A stretch of 64,000 nt of DNA, from positions 1 through 64,000 of the forward strand of contig JBMNLI010000012.1 of NCBI GenBank assembly GCA_050952645.1. The letters are read 5' to 3'. The notes under the pieces were generated by a model. It saw nothing but the letters and a program-made list of their open reading frames with translations. It was not told the origin of the DNA and ran no database searches. The translations under genes and the position numbers were made by a program. Shown here piece after piece: positions 1 to 9,633 of this stretch (the first letter of the stretch is position 1; each line of letters begins with the position of its first letter). Source of the DNA: Bdellovibrionota bacterium (GTDB taxonomy: Bacteria; Bdellovibrionota_C; UBA2361; CAKMMH01).

Positions 1-11
1 TCACCATCTGT

Positions 12-977
12 TCAATTTCCTAAAAGAATAAATTGTGGTTGTTCCATAGGTGGCAGATTATTCTTTTTTCGCCCTCTGTTGACTATCCATTTTGAAAGAT
101 CTAATACTACTTCTTCGTCCCTACGAACCAGATCTGTTAGAGGAAAGACTATCGGGTCTCTATCTTTTGTGCTTATTGGTACTGCAAGGCAATATTGAGT
201 AGGGAATTTAGGCACAAATAATTCTCTTTGGTCGTTGTAGGCAATAGCAATTTTTCCTTTGAGATGCTTTAAAAGAATAAAAAACCTATAATCTTCCTCA
301 ATATAATATTCACAGCCAGGGCATAACCCTTCCATTCGGGCTATTAAACGCTCTTTTCCATCCTTGCCTTTTGAAAAAAAACAACAGTATCTCGTCTCAC
401 TTAAGCAAGTCCTTCTACCCATTGCTATACTTAAACAATTGCCACCGCACTCGGTAATCGTTCCAATGAACATTTGGTCGTCGCAGATTTTTTTAGCAGT
501 CTCTATATTTATATCGGTCAAATCTAATGTTGGTTCTTCAAGCTCGAAAATACATCTTAGATAAAAATCAAAATCATAAGGTGTAGAAGTATCTGGCTTT
601 TTAAAATATAAATTTAGGACTTTTTTGTGTGGTGGCACTACGTTGATCCTGAAATGTGCCTCTGTATATTCGATAATACTGAGAATTCTGTTTTTAAATT
701 CGTCCTTATTACTTACTTCTAATACCAAGTTCTCCTGTTTATATCCTGGTGTTAATGCCTTGACACTATCTTTAGGAATTTCAGAGCATTCATGCCGACA
801 GATAGAAAAGGCAAACACCCCTTTATTATTTTCTAATACTACAGGAGAAAGTTCTAAGCCTTCAAACGATAGCCAAGCTTGAATTTCCTTAAAACCAAAC
901 TTCTTGTTTTTTTCTATTAAGAGTAGGAGTTTATGCTCAGTCTTAGTCGGCCAATCGCCACCCCTAACTTCGCTCAT
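12..977 (-). CDS. hypothetical protein (321 aa)
   Basis: Long ORF with a purine-rich RBS-like stretch (AAAGGGA) upstream on the minus strand; no family recognised. Confidence 0.7.
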   Translation of the reverse strand: MSEVRGGDWPTKTEHKLLLLIEKNKKFGFKEIQAWLSFEGLELSPVVLENNKGVFAFSICRHECSEIPKDSVKALTPGYKQENLVLEVSNKDEFKNRILSIIEYTEAHFRINVVPPHKKVLNLYFKKPDTSTPYDFDFYLRCIFELEEPTLDLTDINIETAKKICDDQMFIGTITECGGNCLSIAMGRRTCLSETRYCCFFSKGKDGKERLIARMEGLCPGCEYYIEEDYRFFILLKHLKGKIAIAYNDQRELFVPKFPTQYCLAVPISTKDRDPIVFPLTDLVRRDEEVVLDLSKWIVNRGRKKNNLPPMEQPQFILLGN

Positions 978-1278
978 CTCTAATCCCTTTCTTAAAAGGA
1001 GTTTTGTAATTGGAACCTTTCTTTAAAAACCAGCGCAGACAGTAGCGCTCGTCAAGGTTAATTTTAAGTCTGTAGTCTAGCAGAGATTTTAATTTTAGTC
1101 TAGTGCTTCCTTTCTTAAAATTTTCTGATTCCTAATTTTGCCCTATATAAAATTACGATAAATGATAAGAATTATTTAAAATATCGAGATAAAATCACTC
1201 TTAAAATTAGGTAAAGTTATCTTAACGTTTTTTAGGGTTTATTTTAAATTTAACAGTATAAAAAAATATAAAAAAAGA

Positions 1279-1362
1279 TATTCGCTCATATTTTAGTGAA
1301 AATCAGTCAACTATTCGCTCATATTTTAGCAAAAAGAGATTGATTATTCGCTCATATTTTAG
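1279..1362. repeat. three exact 18-bp direct repeats TATTCGCTCATATTTTAG, 33-bp period
   Basis: Copies at 1279-1296, 1312-1329 and 1345-1362 with unrelated 15-bp spacers; the array ends 45 bp before the AAA ATPase start. Confidence 0.95.
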
Positions 1363-1407
1363 TAAACTCTATTAAAATTAAGTAGTTATATTAAAAACAG
1401 GTAAAAT

Positions 1408-2751
1408 ATGATATATTTAAAGCGTAAAATAGATGATTTCTTTCTCTCGTGGAAAAAAAATGAAGATAAAAAACCTTTAATAGTGCGTGGCGCACGTCAA
1501 GTAGGTAAAACTGAGTCTATTCTCCATTTCGCTAAAAAAAATTATAAAAATGTAGTATATATAAATTTTGTAGAATCTCCTTTTTATAAAAATATTCTAT
1601 CAGATGGTTTTGCAGTAAAAGATATTATAAAAAATATTTCCTTGATAAATACAGAGTTCCGTTTTGAAAAAAATAAAACTATTATAATTTTCGATGAACT
1701 TCAAGAATTTCCCAATATTGCTACATCATTAAAATTTTTTATGTTAGATAAACGCTTCGATGTCATAGCTAGTGGGTCGATGCTTGGTCTAAATTATAAA
1801 TCAATCGAGAGCAATAGTGTTGGATTTAAAATTGATTACGAAATGCATTCTTTAGATTTCGAAGAATTTCTTTGGGCAGTGGGATACGAGCAAGAAAACT
1901 ATATCGTATTGTTAGAAAAAATGAAAAAAATTATTCCTTTGAATGAAGTTGAATTAAAAGTTTTTTCAAACTTGTTTTTAGATTTTTGTGTCATAGGTGG
2001 TATGCCTGCTATCGTAAAAGAATATGTGGCTAAAAAAACTTTTGAAGGAATTTTAGATATGCAAAGACAGCTAGTGCGTGATTACAAAGAAGACATTAGA
2101 AAATATGCACTAGGTATAGAACAAGCTAAAATTATAAATGTTTTCAATCAAATTCCAGTGCAGTTATCAAAAGAAAATAAAAAATTCCAGATTTCAAAAG
2201 TAGCAAAGGGTGCAAAGTTTAAAGATTATTCGGGTTGTATAGAGAGGCTTAAAGATGCAGGAATTGTTAATGTTTGTTATTGCCTTAATTATCTAGAGTT
2301 TCCTCTTAAAGGGAATTTCGATATAAACAAATATAAAATATATTTTGCAGATACTGGCTTGCTTGTAGCATCGCTCGATGATGAAACTCAAGAAAACTTA
2401 AGAGTAAATAAGAATTTGCACATATATAAAGGAGCTTTCTTTGAAAATATAATTGCTGAATCGTTAGTAAAACAAGGCTATGAGCTTTATTACTACAAAC
2501 GAGATAATTCAACATTAGAAAATGATTTTTTCGTAAGAACTTCAAAAGATTTGATACCAATTGAGGTTAAAGCTAAAAATAATAAAGCAAAATCACTAAC
2601 AGAGTTAATAACTAGTGAGCGATATCCTGCTATTAAATATGGTATTAAATTTATCGATGGTAATATCGGTTTCTCAAATAATATATGGACTTTTCCTTAT
2701 TTTTGTAGCTTTTTACTAAAAAGATATTTAAGCTCTAGTCCCCCTTCCTAG
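1408..2751 (+). CDS. AAA+ ATPase with C-terminal DUF4143 / PD-(D/E)XK-like domain (AAA_14-DUF4143 family)
   Basis: Walker A GARQVGKT, Walker B IIIFDELQ, GGMP motif, KIYFADTG, C-terminal ENDF...IPIEVKA. Confidence 0.9.
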   Translation: MIYLKRKIDDFFLSWKKNEDKKPLIVRGARQVGKTESILHFAKKNYKNVVYINFVESPFYKNILSDGFAVKDIIKNISLINTEFRFEKNKTIIIFDELQEFPNIATSLKFFMLDKRFDVIASGSMLGLNYKSIESNSVGFKIDYEMHSLDFEEFLWAVGYEQENYIVLLEKMKKIIPLNEVELKVFSNLFLDFCVIGGMPAIVKEYVAKKTFEGILDMQRQLVRDYKEDIRKYALGIEQAKIINVFNQIPVQLSKENKKFQISKVAKGAKFKDYSGCIERLKDAGIVNVCYCLNYLEFPLKGNFDINKYKIYFADTGLLVASLDDETQENLRVNKNLHIYKGAFFENIIAESLVKQGYELYYYKRDNSTLENDFFVRTSKDLIPIEVKAKNNKAKSLTELITSERYPAIKYGIKFIDGNIGFSNNIWTFPYFCSFLLKRYLSSSPPS

Positions 2752-3242
2752 TTAATAGTGTTTTTTTAGATCTTATAAAATTAGATAAAGAATTTTAAAA
2801 AATATCTAAAAATAACTACATTGAAAAAAATATCTTTATAAGTGATAATATTACTAATAGAGTTCTTATGTTAAAGCTCTTCTTAAATAAATCCTATTGC
2901 TACAAAAAATATACTGTAAAATTTAGTGTTTTTAGCAAAAAACGATAAAACTTAAGCTTCCATGCTACTAGCAATATATTTTAAATATATTATTAATTTA
3001 TATACATATTAAAAGTATATTATTAAAAGTATATCAAAAGTATATATAGTGGCAAGTAATCGCTAATGCATAAAAAAATTTTAAAAGTTTTTTTATTGTC
3101 TAGAAAAGCTAATCTAAAAAAGGTAGCGACGAAAACTCGTAGCAAAAAAATTTATGCAAAAAAATTTACGCAAAAAGATTTATTTTAAAAGTGCTTTTTT
3201 AATAGAGTAAAAAAATTTTTTTTAATTTGTATAGTTTTAAAT

Positions 3243-5529
3243 ATGGCAGTAATAAAATCATCGATAGAAAAAGAATCACAAGATAGATACTTAACTTACG
3301 CTCTAAGTGTAGTTTCAAGTAGAGCACTCCCAGATGTGCGAGACGGACTTAAACCAGTTCAAAGAAGAATCCTATATGCGATGTATAAAAACCTTAATTT
3401 AAAACCTACTACTTCTTACAGAAAATCTGCATCCGTTGTAGGTGAGGTTTTAGGTAATTATCATCCTCATAGCGATACCGCTTGCTATGAGGCTATGGTA
3501 AGAATGGCTCAAGATTTTTCTTTACGATATCCAATCGTCGATGGGCAAGGAAATTTTGGATCATTAGATGGAGATTCTCCTGCGGCTTATAGATATACTG
3601 AGGCAAGACTTAAGGCTTTTGCTCTAGAGGTAATAGGTGAGATCGATGAAGAAACAGTCGAGTTTAAAGATAACTTTGACGGAAGACTAAAAGAACCTCA
3701 AGTGTTTCCTAGTAGAGTGCCTAATCTTTTAGTAAACGGCGCTTCTGGTATAGCAGTCGGAATGGCTACAAATATTCCTCCTCATAATTTAAAAAATGTT
3801 ATATCCGCTCTTATCGGACTTTTAGAAGATAGCGAAATTACAAACTCTAAATTAGTAAGCTTAATAAAAGCCCCAGACTTTCCTACTAGTTGCACAATCC
3901 TAAACTCTAAAAATGAACTAGATGAGATTTATAGTAGCGGAAAAGGTGCAATAAGAATGCGTGGCGACTGGGTAGCAGAACAGGGGGGAAGAGGAAAAAA
4001 CTTTATCATTATAACATCTATTCCTTATGGCGTTAACAAGTCGCAACTTATAGAAAAAATAGCATCGCTAATTACAGATAAAAAACTTCCGCAAGTAGTA
4101 GACATTCGAGATGAGTCTACGAGCGATGTTAGAATAGTTTTAGAATTAGCTCAAGGTGCCGATGCAGAGGTTGCAATGGCTTTTATATACAAAAATACGC
4201 CTTTAGAAAGCAATTTTAATGTTAATTTAACCGCTCTAGTGCCTAGCAAAGGGATAAGCTTAAAGCCTCAAGTGTTATCTTTAAAAGAATGTCTTCAATA
4301 TTTTCTAGAGTTTAGAGTAGATGTAACTAAAAGAAAATTAACTTTTGAAAAAAAACAGCTCGAAGCTAGGGTGCATATTTTAGAAGCACTAGCTAAAATT
4401 TTTGATGCTTTAGATGAAGCTATAAAAATAGTTAGAAAAAGTTTAGGAAGAGTAGATGCCGCTGAAAAATTAAGAGTACGCTTTAGTCTTACCGAGGTTC
4501 AATCGTTTGCAGTAGTCGATATGAAAATATATCAATTATCAAAAACGAATATCGAAGAGGTTAGAGAAGAGTTAAAAGCGAAATTAAAACGTATAAAAGA
4601 AATCGATGCGTTATTAAAAAGTGAAAAAGCTATTTTTAATATCATAAAAGAAGACTTAGAAAGTGTATCAAAGAATTCGGTGATGCTAGAAAGAGTAAGC
4701 TTATAAAAGATTGGCAAGACCAAATAGTAGAGTTCGATAAGAGTGAATATTTAGTAAAAGAAGATATCTACGCTATTATCACTAAAGATGGCTGGATAAA
4801 AAGAATTAGACAAAACAATGAGCTTTCTTCTACAAGGCTAAGAGATGGAGATAGCATTTTTAAAGCTTTTCCAATAAATACGTTAGATAATGTAGTGTTT
4901 ATCACTAATTTAGGAAGCGTCTATTCTCTTAACGCTTCAGAGTTCCCGTCTTCTAGTGGCTACGGCTCACCAATTCAAAAGATTTTAAAATTTAAAGATG
5001 GCGAGATCATAGTTGAGGCGTTCTTCCTTAAAAATTCCGAAGAAGAACAAGTCGATTTGTTAAATTTTGTTGATGATAATAAAATGGATGAGATAAAAAA
5101 TAATGAAAGTGTAATTTTAATTACGAAAAAAGGCATGGGAGTAGGATACTGCTTAGGAGATCTTACAAATATTAAAAAAAGCGGAAGACGTATAATGAAA
5201 GTTAAAGATGATGATGAGTTAAGAGTAGTAGTAAAGTTTGATAAAAATTTAGCTATGTTTACTAGCGATGCATCCGCTTTATCGATAAAAACAAAACAAA
5301 TCCCACTAAAAGAAAACCCCGTAGTTGGAGTTATCTTAATGAGTGTTAGAGATGAGGAAGAACTCGTAGCGGCGATAAGCTATGAAGGAGATGAAGCTTA
5401 ATTGTTTTAAGCGATAAAGGAAAAGAGGTCGTTGTAGATACCTCTTCTATCGTAAAGGGAAAAAGAGGCTTAAAAGGAAATAAGATTTTATCAAAAGCTA
5501 GATTAGTAAATGTTAATCTTGCAAGATAA
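3243..5529 (+). CDS. parC: DNA topoisomerase IV subunit A, with two apparent frameshifts (~4670, ~5398)
   Basis: [16 protein letters not shown] and catalytic AAYRYTE. The frame continues as EFGDARKS...ITKDGWIKR into ORF 4895-5401, then IVLSDKGK...ARstop at 5529. No GyrA-box; short C-terminal domain. Confidence 0.85.
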
Positions 5530-5630
5530 AAAAATAAAAAATAAAAAATAAAAAAATAGTTTTTTAAAAGCCATTTTCAAAATGTAAGGAACTAAAAATT
5601 TTTAAAGTTAAATAAGGAAGTATTTATATT

Positions 5631-7559
5631 ATGGTAAATAGTAATTCATATAATGCAGCAGATATCGAGGTTTTAGAAGGGTTAGAACCCGTTAGAAAAC
5701 GCCCTAGCATGTATATAGGAGGCACGGATAAGACGGGGCTTCACCATTTAGTTAAAGAGATAGTAGATAACTCCGTAGATGAGGCGATGAATGGCTATGC
5801 AGATAAAATAGTTATAACGCTTCATAAGGATTTAGAAAGTATTTCAGTAAAAGATAATGGGCGTGGAATTCCAGTCGATAATCACCCTAAATTTAAAAAG
5901 CCTGCGTTAGAGTTGATCTTTACTACGCTTCATGCAGGAGGAAAATTTTCGGATAAAAACTATTTATCTGCTGGAGGTCTTCACGGAGTTGGGGGAGCTG
6001 TGGTAAATGCACTTTCTTTAGAAATGCTCGTCGCCGTTAAAAGAGATGGCTACACATGGACACAAGAATATAAAAAAGGAAAAGTGGTTTCACCATTACG
6101 AAAAGGAACAAAGACTAGAGGCACGGGAACGACAGTATTTTTTAGACCCGACAGCGAAATATTCCCTTCGACTAAATTTGATGTAGAGAAGATAAAAGAG
6201 ATTGCCAAAGAGAAAGCATTTTTAAATCAAGGATTAAAAATAATATTTAAAAATGAAAGCGACGATGAAGAGTTTACGTTTTTTTACGAGGAGGGGATAA
6301 AGTCTTATTTAACGGAGCTTTTAGGAGAGCTTAAACTCCAATCTGTCGTAGGAGAGGATTTTTATCTAGAAAAGCAAGATGGAATAAAAATTGAAACGGC
6401 TTTTACTTGGACTGAAGACACGAGTGAGGTAATAAAATCTTACGTAAATGGTATAAACACTCTTGATGGTGGAACGCATGTAGAGGGGTTTAAGTCGGGA
6501 CTTGCTAAAGCTATAAGAAATTATATAAATGTTCACGATTTAAATTCAAAAGGACCAAAGCTATCCTCGGAAGATATGCGAGAGGGGCTAGTCGCTATTT
6601 TATCGATAAATATACCTAGTAGAGTAAGTGAGCTTCAATTCCAAGGGCAAACTAAAGATAAATTAAACAATGTTGAGGTTATAGCTCCCATAGATACGCT
6701 TTTAAAAAGTTTTGAAAATGTGCTTAATGCAAACCCTCAAACTGCTGGAAAAATCATAGAAAGAATAGTGCTTGCCGCTAGAGCTAGAGCAGCCGCTAGG
6801 AGTGCTTCGCAGAGTGTAAATAGAAAAAGCGCACTAAGCTATAGGTTAAATTTGCCAGGAAAACTTACGGACTGCACATCGAATAATCCAGATAAATCTG
6901 AGCTTTTTATCGTAGAGGGAGATTCGGCAGGGGGAAGCGCTAAACAGGGAAGAGATAGAAAAACGCAAGCAGTTTTTCCGCTTAGGGGTAAAATTTTAAA
7001 CTCGTTATCTATATCACTAGATAAAATTAAGGATAATAAAGAGCTAAGCGATTTAGCGCTAGCTATTGGAGCTGGTATTGGAGATAAGTTTAGAGTAGAA
7101 AAAGTGCGTTATGGCAAAGTAATTATTTTAACTGATGCCGATGCCGATGGAATGCATATAGCAACGCTTTTAATGGCTTTTTTCTTTCGTTTTATGCGTC
7201 CTTTAATAGAGAAAGGACATTTATATTTAGGGCTTTCTCCTTTGTATAGAGTGCGTGTAGGTGGGGGAGCAAAGTGCGAAGACTACTGGGCTTTTTCAGA
7301 CGAGGAGCGTGACAGGCTTATAAAAAAGTTTAGTAATAAAAAATATATGATCACTCGTTTTAAGGGTTTAGGAGAAATGAATCCTAGCACTCTTTGGGAA
7401 ACTACTTTAGACCCAGCGCATAGAACGATTTTAAAAATTACTATCGACGATGTAAAAGAAGCAGCTAAAATGTTAGAAAAATTATTTGGAAAAGATGCTA
7501 AGGATAGATACGAAATGATTTGTGATAATGCTTATAGACTAGAGGCAGATTTAATGTAA
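5631..7559 (+). CDS. parE: DNA topoisomerase IV subunit B
   Basis: [34 protein letters not shown]; 642 aa without the GyrB insertion; a separate gyrB is present. Confidence 0.88.
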   Translation: MVNSNSYNAADIEVLEGLEPVRKRPSMYIGGTDKTGLHHLVKEIVDNSVDEAMNGYADKIVITLHKDLESISVKDNGRGIPVDNHPKFKKPALELIFTTLHAGGKFSDKNYLSAGGLHGVGGAVVNALSLEMLVAVKRDGYTWTQEYKKGKVVSPLRKGTKTRGTGTTVFFRPDSEIFPSTKFDVEKIKEIAKEKAFLNQGLKIIFKNESDDEEFTFFYEEGIKSYLTELLGELKLQSVVGEDFYLEKQDGIKIETAFTWTEDTSEVIKSYVNGINTLDGGTHVEGFKSGLAKAIRNYINVHDLNSKGPKLSSEDMREGLVAILSINIPSRVSELQFQGQTKDKLNNVEVIAPIDTLLKSFENVLNANPQTAGKIIERIVLAARARAAARSASQSVNRKSALSYRLNLPGKLTDCTSNNPDKSELFIVEGDSAGGSAKQGRDRKTQAVFPLRGKILNSLSISLDKIKDNKELSDLALAIGAGIGDKFRVEKVRYGKVIILTDADADGMHIATLLMAFFFRFMRPLIEKGHLYLGLSPLYRVRVGGGAKCEDYWAFSDEERDRLIKKFSNKKYMITRFKGLGEMNPSTLWETTLDPAHRTILKITIDDVKEAAKMLEKLFGKDAKDRYEMICDNAYRLEADLM

Positions 7560-7610
7560 AAGATTTTTAAAGTCAATTTATTTTATGCAAATTCCTTTAA
7601 AGTCAATTTC

Positions 7611-7735
7611 CTTTTGGTGGGGGAGTGATACTAATTTTAATGTCTATAATAACCCACCTTTAAACGTCAAAGAACAAAATAATTTTATCAATTTACATTA
7701 GAAGATAGTTTAACCCACTCAAAACGTGAAGAGCC
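7611..7735. mobile_element. two partial right ends of MITE family A
   Basis: GAGTGATACTAATTTTAATGTCTA..CCCACCTTTAAACGTCAAAGAAC, followed by CCACTCAAAACGTGAAGAGCC, which is identical to 9598-9618. Confidence 0.75.
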
Positions 7736-7828
7736 AAAAAATTGTGTTTTCCACTTTGGGCATTCTTTTTTAAAATTTTCGATATTCATTTATAGAGTGT
7801 TTTTTATTTTAAAAAAGGAGACTGTAAA

Positions 7829-8467
7829 ATGAATGAAATAAATGGAAATTTAAATTATAATTATGGAAACTACGCAGGTGGATATAATTATAAAAACTAT
7901 GATAATGGGTATAGTTATGGAAACTATCCAAGCTTAGGTTATCAAAATATAGGTTATCAAAATCAAAGTGATGTAGGTAGCTACTTAAAGCCTATTTCTT
8001 CTTCTAAAGCAAATGAAAGTTGGTTAAATAAAGTAAGAGATGGTGCGATTATTGGTGGGCTTACTGGCGTATCATCAAGAATATGGAATGCAACTTCAGC
8101 TCTAACTACTAATTTTAGTAGAGGGCTCTCTAGAGTTTCGGGTTTTCTTGGTGGTGTTGTTGGTTTTCTTTCCGTATGTAGAGATGCTGAAAGCGCTATG
8201 AAAGACGACAGAGAAAAAGGAAGAGACTTTAGGTCTATTAATGATGGCACTTTCCTAAGAGAATTGATAACTTCTAGTGCAAGAAATGGAGCTGCGGCAA
8301 GTTGTGGCGCAATAGCTGGAATTGGAACGGCTCTAACTGGCGTTGGAGCTTTTGCTAGTGCTGGAGTTGGAGCGGCTGCTGGTAGTGCTTGTTATTATGT
8401 AGCTGATAAATTAGTCAGTGAGTATTTGGATGAAAAATACCCTAGAACGGAAAATTATATAAATTAA
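7829..8467 (+). CDS. hypothetical protein with N/Y/G-rich low-complexity N-terminus and glycine-zipper-like helices
   Basis: AAGGAG RBS; NYNYGNYAGGYNY... N-terminus; GxxxG-rich C-terminal half. Confidence 0.8.
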   Translation: MNEINGNLNYNYGNYAGGYNYKNYDNGYSYGNYPSLGYQNIGYQNQSDVGSYLKPISSSKANESWLNKVRDGAIIGGLTGVSSRIWNATSALTTNFSRGLSRVSGFLGGVVGFLSVCRDAESAMKDDREKGRDFRSINDGTFLRELITSSARNGAAASCGAIAGIGTALTGVGAFASAGVGAAAGSACYYVADKLVSEYLDEKYPRTENYIN

Positions 8468-8706
8468 AAAAATGCTTCTTTACGCCTTTTAAGGTGGTTT
8501 AAAATGACTAAATAAAATTTCCCTAAGCTATATTAAGAAACGTGTAAAGAGCAAAAAAAAAAGCGTACAGGGCTAAAAACAAAAAAATAAGCCTTTAAAA
8601 TTTATGGTGAAAGTTTCTTAAAGACATTTCTCAAAATTTCAAAAGGCTTACTTATTTTTAGCCTTCTACGCTTTAATGTTTGTAAAAGAAAGTTTATAAA
8701 AAAAAT

Positions 8707-8808
8707 GGTTCTTCATGTTTTAGGTGGGTTAGAAAAATTGTTTTTGGGCTTTGTCGATAAGTGATGCTAGTTTTTAGATCTAAAACCCACTTTTAAACGT
8801 GAAGAACT
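8707..8808. mobile_element. MITE family A copy (~102 bp)
   Basis: TIRs GGTTCTTCATGTTTTAGGTGGG / CCCACTTTTAAACGTGAAGAACT; flanks AAAAAAAT / AAAAAAGT. Confidence 0.85.
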
Positions 8809-8920
8809 AAAAAAGTGATAAAAGTTTTTTTATAACAAGCCTTAAGCTAAAGCGATCTAAATTGAAGCAATCTAGATTAAGGCGAGCTAGGCTAAAGCGA
8901 TAAAGCATAGTAATAAAAAA

Positions 8921-9193
8921 CTAATCGCCTTTAGTTAAACTATTTAACTTTATTGCTAAACGACTAACTCTTCTAGATGCGTTCTTCTTATGGTAAACGC
9001 CTTTAGTTGCTGCGCTTGCTAACCTTTTTTCTGCAATTATAAAGTATTCTCTTGCTCTTTCGATATCATTCTCTTCTATCGCTTTGTTTACATTCTTTAC
9101 AGCAGTTCTGCAAGCAGACTTTACTAATCTATTACGAAGCCTCTTTTTTAAATTTTGTCTTAAACGCTTTTCAGCAGATTTATGATTTGGCAT
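8921..9193 (-). CDS. rpsT: 30S ribosomal protein S20
   Basis: MPNHKSAEKRLRQ...HKKNASRRVSRL. Confidence 0.97.
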   Translation of the reverse strand: MPNHKSAEKRLRQNLKKRLRNRLVKSACRTAVKNVNKAIEENDIERAREYFIIAEKRLASAATKGVYHKKNASRRVSRLAIKLNSLTKGD

Positions 9194-9343
9194 CTTTTCT
9201 TTGACCCTTTAAATATAAAAATAAATATTAAAAATTTTTCAATGCTTAATTTAAATACACAATTTAATTAGTTTAGCAAAAACTATCTCTCTTTGCAATA
9301 GCTTTGGGGGAGTAAAAATATTGTGAAAATACTACTTTTTTAT

Positions 9344-9618
9344 GGTTCTTCACGTTTTGGGTGGCCCCGAGAGAAGCAAAACGCCATTTTGTTTAATTGA
9401 GTTTTTGTGAAAGTTATCCACAGCCTGACAGCTTGACCTTTAGCTTTTAATTACTAGGTCAAGTTATCAGTTATGGATAACTTTTCTTAACAACTCTAAT
9501 GTTTATTTTTCCCAATAAAATTAACTATTATTTTAATAAAATAACAACAGTTTTATAAAATAATTTTGGAAATTCACATTATAAAAAAGACTCCAACCCA
9601 CTCAAAACGTGAAGAGCC
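9344..9618. mobile_element. long (275 bp) MITE family A element with exact 8-bp target-site duplication
   Basis: 21-bp TIRs matching at 19/21 positions (9344-9364, 9598-9618), flanked by TTTTTTAT at 9336-9343 and 9619-9626. Confidence 0.85.
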
Positions 9619-9633
9619 TTTTTTATCTGTTTT

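Noticed and set aside
1279..1362. CRISPR array
   Set aside because: Repeats are 18 bp and spacers 15 bp, with only three units and no cas genes; too short for a canonical CRISPR. Kept as an iteron-like array.
4660..5410. Programmed frameshifting or pseudogenisation of parC (also ftsW ~49255 and the GTs at ~26553 and ~27765)
   Set aside because: Single-base indels, mostly at short homopolymers, in several essential genes point to uncorrected sequencing error.
3243..7559. Second gyrase (gyrA/gyrB duplicate)
   Set aside because: No GyrA-box, short C-terminal domain and a short B subunit; a full gyrB is present separately, so this is topoisomerase IV.
9400..9570. Confident oriC call
   Set aside because: Only two DnaA boxes, no dnaA/dnaN nearby, and no skew switch that I can establish by eye.
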